Below are positions 9,092 to 17,136 of a DNA stretch of 64,000 bases, in pieces. This stretch comes from Segetibacter sp. (lineage in GTDB: Bacteria; Bacteroidota; Bacteroidia; Chitinophagales; Chitinophagaceae), in the NCBI GenBank assembly GCA_031423805.1, contig JANPGE010000211.1:8654-72653 (forward strand), written 5' to 3'. Made by a program: the position numbers and the translations under genes. A model generated the notes under the pieces. The model saw only the letters and a list, made by a program, of their open reading frames with translations, ran no database searches and was not told the origin of the DNA. How positions within the stretch are numbered: the first letter of the stretch is position 1; each line of letters opens with the position of its first letter.

Positions 9092-9835
9092 TCAGGCTAT
9101 TGTAAGTTTACTCAATTCTTTCCAAAGGTCCCTATAGCACTGTGCTGCATAGCTGCTTTTGGCATAGGAAAGTACGGGTGCAAGGTGTTGCCCCATTTTT
9201 TCTACATCGCTTAGGTAGGGTATATAGTTTTTGAGAAAAATTCTGTTTTTATACTCGTTGGTCATTACTTCATTGTGCAGGTTCTTTCTAAGGTCAACCA
9301 TGCTAAAGAAGCTTTTGATTTTTGAAACATCCAGGTTGTTTTGCTGAAAATACTCCTGAACGGTATCATAGCTGCGCATACTTAGCGTGGTAGGTATATT
9401 GGGAATAACAACCCAATCTGCTGCATGAAAAATATTGTCGTGCAGCACAGAAAGACCCGGCGGGCAATCTATAATAACGATATCATAGTCATTTTTAATT
9501 TCGGTTATTGCTGCTTTTATGCGCTTTTTCCCTTGCTTAATGTCAGCCAATACCACATCTGCATTTCTTGCCGACAGGTCAGATGTTATAATGTCAAGGT
9601 TATCATAACCCGATGGCTGAATGACGGAAGCCAAATCAAGTTCATTGGATAGCAGTTTTTTTGCGCCGTTTTTTATGGCAGCATCCATCTGAAAATAAAA
9701 ACCTGCTGCACCTTGCGGGTCTAAATCCCACAAAAGGGTACGCCACCCTTCTTCGGCAGCTAAATAAGCAAAGTTGACGGTAGCGGCAGTTTTGCCTACT
9801 CCACCTTTCTGATTGTAAAATGCATAGACTGTCAT
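9092..9835 (-). CDS. ParA/Soj-family ATPase with no adjacent ParB
   Basis: Deviant Walker A at the N-terminus (NQKGGVGKTAATVNFA) and IIDCPPG (Walker B region); 247 aa. Confidence 0.85.
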   Translation of the reverse strand: MTVYAFYNQKGGVGKTAATVNFAYLAAEEGWRTLLWDLDPQGAAGFYFQMDAAIKNGAKKLLSNELDLASVIQPSGYDNLDIITSDLSARNADVVLADIKQGKKRIKAAITEIKNDYDIVIIDCPPGLSVLHDNIFHAADWVVIPNIPTTLSMRSYDTVQEYFQQNNLDVSKIKSFFSMVDLRKNLHNEVMTNEYKNRIFLKNYIPYLSDVEKMGQHLAPVLSYAKSSYAAQCYRDLWKELSKLTIA

Positions 9836-10279
9836 AAATTAAAAATACATTTTTTTAAAACACCGTGTTTAGAAAATAGAGAATAAAATGCCCGAAGCGA
9901 ATGGGGTAGTAAGTATAAAAAAAGAAAATGGTGAAATAAGAGTTGGTATAGAAGGGAAAATAAGCAAACAATCGTTAGAGGCCGTTTCCAACTCTCATCT
10001 CACCATATATCAAAAAACTAATAACAACCGGCAAAGCCAATTATTATTCAAAACCCAAATTTCATATTGCAAAAAACTTAATCGTAGAGTAAATGAGTGT
10101 TGTAAAATACAGCTCAAAAACAAATGGCTAACAATCGTTAGTAAAAAAGGCAGCGCAAAGATGTGGTTTTCTATTGTAAATATTAAATTTCTGTGAAGTT
10201 TTTTTTGGGGGGGTACTTTATTATTGTGCTGGATGTAGTGTCAGGTTTTTCTTCATTAGTCGTAAAAATTACACTTTTA

Positions 10280-10293
10280 GAATTCGCGAATTC
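10280..10293. promoter_or_regulatory. Perfect 14-bp palindrome GAATTCGCGAATTC upstream of the giant helicase gene
   Basis: Read directly in the AT-rich 430-nt leader region. Function unknown. Confidence 0.2.
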
Positions 10294-10628
10294 GGAATTG
10301 ATGAGTTCCATTTAGGGGACGTTTGCAGACAAATGCTATACAACGAAAGACTAAACCGTTGATGTAAACTAAAATAATTTAATCTTTTAAATAGAAAAAT
10401 ATTAATTTTCTTGAATTCTAAAAACTTTTATTCTGAAAATGTTTCTGCGAAAACTCCTAATAGCCTGTTGCGCCATAGTTAATCTCTTGCATCAGACTTA
10501 TGAAAACACCCGGCTGATGGTGGCAAATAAACAACATCCTAATCGGTACCCTAAGCTTTAACACATTCAGTTTTAGCCAATACAAAAAACTAAAAGCACT
10601 AAATTTACCCAACGCACCACTAAACAAT

Positions 10629-13600
10629 ATGGAATTAACAGAGAAACTTTTAACTGAACTTCAAAGACGACTTAAAATTGGCAATCGCAGAGGCGTTCAT
10701 TTAAATGCTATTCCAGCAAATTCAAGGTACAAGTTCGACTTAAACAGACTTTCATATATTGAAAAAAATATACCCGACAATTTTGTAAAGGCTTTGCTTT
10801 CTGAATTACCACTTAAATTCAGAATAAGTTGGAAGGATAATGTGCCTGACCTTAACTCTCTTTTTGAAGAAGACCAAGCACAGTTAGTGAAAATTACAAA
10901 AGCGTTTGAAAATCTTATCAATCAAACTGAAGCAATAGAATCTGAAAAAGGGATAAATACATTTGGGTTTGGTTTTCCAATTTTAGCTAGACGAGATAGA
11001 GCCGACAATAAATTGACAGTTGCTCCAATTCTCATTTGGTCATTAAGAATAAAGAGAACCAAAGAATTCAACACTTGGGAGATTTTAAGAAACGAGGAAG
11101 ACCCGATTTATATTAATGAGGTCTTAATAAATCATTTACAGAGTGACTCAAATATTGAGATTGAACAGATACCAAGTGATATGCTTGACGATGGTTTAAT
11201 CAACAAGGCTGAACTTATAGAAATTTGTTCAAAGCTAATTAGAACTGTAAATACTACATCTCCCGACGATTTAGAAGAAACATTCAAAAGGAAAATTGAT
11301 AAAATTACATCTATTGGTGATAAAGCACATTATGATAAACTCCCATTAAATTCTTCAAATTCCTTCATTGACTTTGGTGGCTTATTTTCAATTTTTGAAG
11401 TCCAAAAGCAAAATATTATTAATGATTACGGCAATCTTTTGGAGCTTGAAGGACTTACTATTGACCTGGAAGACTTAGAAGGTCATACATTTCAACCGAT
11501 TTCATCAGTTGAAACAGATCCGTCCCAACAAAGCATTTTACATTCGTTAGAAACCGCTAGAAATGTTTTAATTCAAGGTCCACCAGGAACAGGTAAAAGT
11601 CAAACACTTACTGCAGTCCTTATCAATGCACTTGAAAACAATAAAAAAACAATTGTAGTCTGCGAAAAAAGAACTGCACTTGAAGTTTTGTATAATGCAC
11701 TTATTGAAAAAGGTTTAAACTATCACTGTGTCTTAGTTCGTGATATAGTAAAAGACCGCAAAACGGTTGTTGATTCCGTTAGAGACAGGGTTGATACTTC
11801 TGAATACAAACGCTACCGATATAATTATTCAAAAGAATCCTTGGATAACTTAGTTATTAGAGCCAAGGACCTAATAATAAACATCAATAAGAAACATAAA
11901 AAACTTGACAAAAAACTTATTGGCAATAAATCTTGGTCAGATGTTGTCGGTAATTTGTTAGCCGAAATAAAAGGAAATACTGACGATAGCAATTTAAACA
12001 TTGAAAGGAATGTATTTGTTTACTCCACACCAGAATTAAATACATTACTTGATCATGCTCAAAAAGGACAACCACTATACACCGATTTTCTCCCAATAGA
12101 ATCAACATCGTTTATTAATCCATTAAAATTAATTGGTGACAATCCGTTCTTAATTGAACAAAATATAAATGATGACTTTGATAATTATGCAAAGAAAATT
12201 AAAGAGATCAAACTTCTTTTGGAAGCAAATAGAAGGGAATTTATTATTTTAAGAAATACAGAATTGAAAGATCAATGTGCTTCAATTAGCAATTGTATTG
12301 AAAACATAAAAGCGAAAGAAAATGAACTGAGTATTTTGGTTTCAATTACTAAAGAAGATTATTACAGTTTTAGAAAAGCTGAAATAGAAAGTCAAACAAG
12401 GGATATTGAAGTTCAGATCGAACTAATTTTAACGAAAAAAGGCGAGTTTGCTGAATTGTTATCTTCCACAAAAAACGATTATTGCAAATTTAGAGATGAA
12501 GAACTTAACAAACAAATTAAAGCTTTTTCCGAAATAATTGATTCAATTGATACCATTATAAGCGACAATGATAATAACCCCAACTTGACGAACGAGGTAA
12601 AAGTTAACAGCCTGTGGTTTAAAATACTTGCTTTATTTTCTAAACGAAGAAAACGAATAATTGCTGACCAATCGAAGTTGCAAACCGAATTCAAAGAATT
12701 AAAAAAAACAGTTGATATTTCGAAAGATTTCTCAAGTTCAGATTTTGAAGGCGATTTAAACTCTCAACTTAGCAACTTGGGTATATTTAAGAAAACCTTA
12801 ATTAACGTCCAACAGCATTCTAACAGCAAAACTCAAAAAGAATTTGAATCATTTAATCTGTCAACCACATTAGAAATTAAGGATTTTAGCATTGTTTTTC
12901 AAGCTATGCAATCGGTAATCCAAAACTCTGACAATTCGGAAAGTTTGCACCATCCACTTAAAACAATTCAATCTAAATTCAATGATTTTCTAAGGGAAAC
13001 TGAAGCAAATTTTGAATTGCTATCAAAATATTTACTCAAATCAAAAGACATTAAAATAAGCCATCTCTTTGCCGGTTCAATAAATGAGAATTTAATGTTC
13101 CTTAGAGAGATAAAGGAAAAATTGCACTTAATTAAAATTGATTTTAACAATAAAATTGAAACCGAATTCACTTCTTTCAATCTTGACACAATATTGAACC
13201 CAAATAACAATAATAATTTTATATACTTCCAAGAAATAACAAGCAATTCCGAAAATTCAGTAGAATTCAATTCCAAAATCAAGTCAATTCAAACCACCTT
13301 TGAAAATTTTTTATCAGAACTAAATTCTACATACCAATCCCTTTCAAGGGAGTTAGCCGAAAGTAAACACATTAGGCTACATTACACCTTTGACAAAAAT
13401 TTTCAAGAAAACAAAAGAATTTTATTAGAAATAAAAAAACAGATCGAATTAATTAGTGTTGATTTTAAGGATAGGGTTCAAAGCGAGTTTCATCAAAATA
13501 TAAGTTTGATGAAAATAAATCAAAATGAAATAATAATAACAAATTTACTTCAAATAACAGAAGCTCTAATCTCCCACGACTATACTGAAAATAATAGAGA

Positions 13601-15989
13601 TCAGTTCCTAAATTCAGAATATTCAACTAGCTGTATTTTACTAAGGAAAAAGATATTTGAGTTATTAAACGATCTCCACTCAGATGATTGGACGCTTGAC
13701 AAAGTAATATTCACAGAATTCTACAAATTGATAACTGATGTTGAAACTCATATCCGTAATAAGACTGATTATTTCAAGGCCGAGAAAGATTTATTTACAA
13801 TTGAATTTAAGTGGTTTCAGTTTTACAACGGCTTGTCCGAAACAAACAAAGCAATTGTAAATGAATTAAAACCTAAAAGCAATTGGAGAAAGTCTTTCTT
13901 GGTCTATTATCTTCATTCTTTGCTCGTAAGTTCTGCTAATTTAGATTTGCCAACGAATGATGAAGAACACAAAGAACTTGACAAAACTTTAAACGGATTA
14001 GAAAAAGAGCAATTGAAATATATAAAAGAGTTTTGGTTTTCAAAACAGATAGACTCCACAAGAGAATTTGAACAAAAGAACTCCAACCTTTCGGTAGCCA
14101 ATCTATATAATAAAAAAAGCGGAAGTAGATTTAAAAGACTTTCACTACGACAAATTGTTCAATTTGACGCAAATCTCTTTACGAACTTCTTCCCTATAAT
14201 TCTTACTTCTCCCGATGTAGCAAGTAATCTGTTCAAAGGAATGAATAGCTATTTTGACATTGTAATGTTTGACGAAGCCAGCCAATTGCGTTTGGAAGAT
14301 AATCTACCAGCGATTTTAAAAGGGAAGCAGATTATCATTGCAGGTGATGAACACCAAATGCCGCCATCAAATTATTTCAGCAAAGTTTTTGACGGAGCGG
14401 TTGAAGATGAAGAAGATTTAGAGGAAGAAAAAGAAATTGTTGTTGACAAAGACAACATTTTGTTGTCTTGCGAATCTTTGCTTGACTTCGGTTCTGAATT
14501 AAACTTTCAAAGAAAGCACTTAGACTTCCACTATCGTTCAAGACATCCTTTTTTAATTGATTTTTCCAATTATGCCTTTTACAATCAAAGGTTAAAGCCT
14601 TTGCCAAATAACTTTGACTATGTGCCGATAAAGTATGTTCAAGTCAATGGCACCTTTTCCGAACATACAAATGAAGCAGAAGCCGAAATGGTTTTATCAA
14701 TCATTGATAAAAATATAAACAGATTGCCAAACGGAGAATATCCGACTGTGGGAATAGCGACATTTAATATTACACAGCGGAATTTGATTAAAAGCAAAAT
14801 TATAGAGCGGCAAAAGTTCTCAAAATTTGAAGAGTTTAACACCAAAATTCAAGAGTTAGAAGAAAAAGGAATGTTCATCAAAAACTTGGAAAATATCCAG
14901 GGTGATGAAAGAGATGTTATTATTCTTTCAACAACATACGGTATAGGAAAAGACAGAAAATTTGCTCAAAGATTTGGTCCAATAAATCATTCAAAAGGTT
15001 ACAAGTTATTGAACGTAATTATTACCAGAGCAAAGTTTAAAGTTTATTGCTGTTCCTCTATCCCAGAGCAAGTATTTATGAATTATAAAGAATACTTGAT
15101 AACAGAAGGTTCAAATAACAAAAGAGCAGTTTTCTATGCATATTTGGCATACTGCAAAGCGGTTAGCGAATCTAATAATGACTTACGTTTATCTGTCCTT
15201 ACAACACTTGCAGAAAACACAACAAAAAGTGCAGGTTTCGATTCATTCAAAGGAGGAGATTTAGAATCCCCTTTTGAAGAAGAAGTCTATCAAAGTTTAG
15301 CAGACCATTTAGGAACGGAAAAGTTAATTCCTCAATTACAGTTTGCAGGTTTTAGAATTGATATTGTTTATGACCCAAAAATAGTTGGAGTTTCTAAAAT
15401 TGCTATTGAATGTGATGGAGCAAAATATCATTCCAGCAGAGAAGCATATTTATATGACAGCCACAGGCAAAAAATATTAGAAAATCATGGCTTTGTATTT
15501 CATAGAATTTGGAGTACAAATTGGTGGCGTAATTCGAGCAGAGAAACTACAAAACTTGTTGACTTTATCAAACAAATTGAATCATCTTCAAATCCAAACT
15601 ATAAAGACCATTCCCATACTGCATTTGCATTTAGTGACGAGATAGTAATTATTGAAGACTATATTTCGCAGACTTCTTTTATTGAGATTGAAAAAGATAA
15701 CCAAACTATTGAGGCAATTGAAAAGATTGCTCCAATTCAGACAAAGATTTTTAAAGAAGAAGTAAAACTAAATAGTAAAGTACAAGTTAAATATATGAAT
15801 AACGGCAAAGACATGAATGTTCAACTTGTCTCGACAGAGAACAACAAAAACGATAATTCAAGCGGTGTTCAAAAAGTATATTACAAATCCCCTTTAGCAG
15901 GTTCTTTACTTGGACATACGGTTGGCGACATCGTAAAAATTGGCAACCTTGACAACTTTGTAGAAATAATTAAAATCACAAACGATTAG
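10629..15989 (+). CDS. 1786-aa DUF4011-type SF1 (Upf1/DNA2-like) helicase fused to a DUF559/Vsr-like endonuclease and a GreA/B-C-like tail (Hhe-like)
   Basis: Helicase motifs: GPPGTGKSQT (Walker A, nt 11577-), MFDEASQL (II, nt ~14265-), AGDEHQMPP (III), IQGDERDVIILS (V), LNVIITRAKFKV (VI). About 890 aa of helical, repeat-rich insert lie between Walker A and motif II. Restriction-endonuclease-like DUF559 core: FRIDIVYD...IAIECDGAKYH...HRQKILENHGFVFHRIW (nt 15264-15532). The C-terminus VQVKYMNNG...YYKSPLAGSLLGHTVGDIVKIG (nt 15771-15986) is like the GreA/GreB C-terminal domain. Confidence 0.85.
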   Translation: MELTEKLLTELQRRLKIGNRRGVHLNAIPANSRYKFDLNRLSYIEKNIPDNFVKALLSELPLKFRISWKDNVPDLNSLFEEDQAQLVKITKAFENLINQTEAIESEKGINTFGFGFPILARRDRADNKLTVAPILIWSLRIKRTKEFNTWEILRNEEDPIYINEVLINHLQSDSNIEIEQIPSDMLDDGLINKAELIEICSKLIRTVNTTSPDDLEETFKRKIDKITSIGDKAHYDKLPLNSSNSFIDFGGLFSIFEVQKQNIINDYGNLLELEGLTIDLEDLEGHTFQPISSVETDPSQQSILHSLETARNVLIQGPPGTGKSQTLTAVLINALENNKKTIVVCEKRTALEVLYNALIEKGLNYHCVLVRDIVKDRKTVVDSVRDRVDTSEYKRYRYNYSKESLDNLVIRAKDLIININKKHKKLDKKLIGNKSWSDVVGNLLAEIKGNTDDSNLNIERNVFVYSTPELNTLLDHAQKGQPLYTDFLPIESTSFINPLKLIGDNPFLIEQNINDDFDNYAKKIKEIKLLLEANRREFIILRNTELKDQCASISNCIENIKAKENELSILVSITKEDYYSFRKAEIESQTRDIEVQIELILTKKGEFAELLSSTKNDYCKFRDEELNKQIKAFSEIIDSIDTIISDNDNNPNLTNEVKVNSLWFKILALFSKRRKRIIADQSKLQTEFKELKKTVDISKDFSSSDFEGDLNSQLSNLGIFKKTLINVQQHSNSKTQKEFESFNLSTTLEIKDFSIVFQAMQSVIQNSDNSESLHHPLKTIQSKFNDFLRETEANFELLSKYLLKSKDIKISHLFAGSINENLMFLREIKEKLHLIKIDFNNKIETEFTSFNLDTILNPNNNNNFIYFQEITSNSENSVEFNSKIKSIQTTFENFLSELNSTYQSLSRELAESKHIRLHYTFDKNFQENKRILLEIKKQIELISVDFKDRVQSEFHQNISLMKINQNEIIITNLLQITEALISHDYTENNRDQFLNSEYSTSCILLRKKIFELLNDLHSDDWTLDKVIFTEFYKLITDVETHIRNKTDYFKAEKDLFTIEFKWFQFYNGLSETNKAIVNELKPKSNWRKSFLVYYLHSLLVSSANLDLPTNDEEHKELDKTLNGLEKEQLKYIKEFWFSKQIDSTREFEQKNSNLSVANLYNKKSGSRFKRLSLRQIVQFDANLFTNFFPIILTSPDVASNLFKGMNSYFDIVMFDEASQLRLEDNLPAILKGKQIIIAGDEHQMPPSNYFSKVFDGAVEDEEDLEEEKEIVVDKDNILLSCESLLDFGSELNFQRKHLDFHYRSRHPFLIDFSNYAFYNQRLKPLPNNFDYVPIKYVQVNGTFSEHTNEAEAEMVLSIIDKNINRLPNGEYPTVGIATFNITQRNLIKSKIIERQKFSKFEEFNTKIQELEEKGMFIKNLENIQGDERDVIILSTTYGIGKDRKFAQRFGPINHSKGYKLLNVIITRAKFKVYCCSSIPEQVFMNYKEYLITEGSNNKRAVFYAYLAYCKAVSESNNDLRLSVLTTLAENTTKSAGFDSFKGGDLESPFEEEVYQSLADHLGTEKLIPQLQFAGFRIDIVYDPKIVGVSKIAIECDGAKYHSSREAYLYDSHRQKILENHGFVFHRIWSTNWWRNSSRETTKLVDFIKQIESSSNPNYKDHSHTAFAFSDEIVIIEDYISQTSFIEIEKDNQTIEAIEKIAPIQTKIFKEEVKLNSKVQVKYMNNGKDMNVQLVSTENNKNDNSSGVQKVYYKSPLAGSLLGHTVGDIVKIGNLDNFVEIIKITND
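12840..13484 (+). repeat. Intragenic tandem duplication, two units of 108 and 107 aa, inside the helicase insert
   Basis: Unit 1 starts EFESFNLS (nt 12840), unit 2 starts EFTSFNLD (nt 13164), and the next segment starts SEFHQNISL (13482). Hand alignment of the last 68 residues gives 24 identities (KxIQ..F..FL.E...L.S.L..SK.I...F...EN..L.EIK..I.LI..DF). Confidence 0.7.
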
Positions 15990-16006
15990 CCTATAATGCA
16001 TACACC

Positions 16007-16031
16007 TTTGCAGGTAAAGAATACCTGCAAA
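16007..16031. repeat. 25-nt perfect hairpin TTTGCAGGTA-AAGAA-TACCTGCAAA (copy 1)
   Basis: 10-bp perfect stem with a 5-nt loop, lying between the convergent 3' ends of the giant helicase gene (+) and the 16062..17114 gene (-). Identical to 20347-20371. Confidence 0.85.
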
Positions 16032-16061
16032 AGTGTCGAAAAACAGTAAATTAATTTCCCC

Positions 16062-17114
16062 CTATCCCTTGTAATAAGGCATGTGCGTATTGCTAAAGGC
16101 ATTTTCTGTATTGGTCCAGTTTTCTAGCATTTCATTTCTGGCTTTATTATTCTGCCCTATAGATTGGTTGTAAGTGTTTACTGCTGTATTAATTTCTTTT
16201 ACTGCTTTGTTGTAGTTGTCTACATCTTCTCTTGTGCGGCTCGATTCTGATTTGGCTTCAAATGCCTTTGACATCTTTTCAAAATTTTCCTGCTTTAAAA
16301 AATAATCTATGGTTTTTGGAATGTCATTTTCGCCTCTTTTCTTATAAAAAGACAGCGCCTGCCGGCATGCAGTTACCAATGTCATATCACCTTCAAAAGA
16401 TTTAGTTGTATCCAATATTTTAAGTCCCTCATCAGCATACTTAATTAGTGCGTTGCGTGATTGCTCCAGGTCTTTTACTTTCTTCTCGTTAATTGCTTTT
16501 GTTATTTCGCCATCTTGCCAATTGCATTTGAAAAATATTAAGTAAATCTGATTTTTATAATGGTTCAACTTGCCTGCAACCCCCATTTTTTCTGACAGTT
16601 CATCTTTAGGGCCGTTTACAATTGTGACCTTGTATTTTGCTGCAAAAGCAAGGCTTGCGGTGTGCATTTTCTTAGATGCCTCTTCCAGCTTTTCCCCGGT
16701 ATTTTCCTGCAGCAAAATGAAAGCCTGCATTTGGTCAAAAGATTGCTCGGCTATTTCTTCGGTGTTTACTATTTTACTATAATCTTCATTAAAAACATTA
16801 TAGCACAGTTGTATATAATCCATACTGCTTTGGCGCAATGAATTGTCGCCTTTATATATAGGAAGCTCTATGGTTTTGTACCTGCTGTTTGTAATGCTTT
16901 CCAAAACCTGCTGTCTTAATTTTTCAACTTTTCTTGCCCTGCGGCCATGTGCGGCAGCACTCATGTAAGTCATGTACTTTTTGTTCATTTCATCATGGGC
17001 ATTTACTATTGCGTTCATGTAAGTGCCCGGGTCTTCAAGGGTTTGCGCAGCAACATCTGCACTATACCTGCTACAAAAGAGTATGACTAAAATGGTGGTT
17101 AGAATTTTTTTCAT
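16062..17114 (-). CDS. Hypothetical secreted/lipoprotein-like helical protein
   Basis: 350 aa with an N-terminal signal-like MKKILTTILVILFCSRYSADVAAQ. Host-like composition, and sits 22 nt downstream of the S41 peptidase gene on the same strand. Confidence 0.55.
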   Translation of the reverse strand: MKKILTTILVILFCSRYSADVAAQTLEDPGTYMNAIVNAHDEMNKKYMTYMSAAAHGRRARKVEKLRQQVLESITNSRYKTIELPIYKGDNSLRQSSMDYIQLCYNVFNEDYSKIVNTEEIAEQSFDQMQAFILLQENTGEKLEEASKKMHTASLAFAAKYKVTIVNGPKDELSEKMGVAGKLNHYKNQIYLIFFKCNWQDGEITKAINEKKVKDLEQSRNALIKYADEGLKILDTTKSFEGDMTLVTACRQALSFYKKRGENDIPKTIDYFLKQENFEKMSKAFEAKSESSRTREDVDNYNKAVKEINTAVNTYNQSIGQNNKARNEMLENWTNTENAFSNTHMPYYKG

Positions 17115-17136
17115 GATTTATTTTTTAGGTAAAAAA

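Noticed and set aside
9888-10196. 102-aa ORF between ParA and the helicase leader
   Set aside because: It has no motif and a Lys/Asn/Gln-rich composition of the kind produced by AT-rich DNA. I see no convincing promoter or ribosome-binding context. It is kept only as a possibility.
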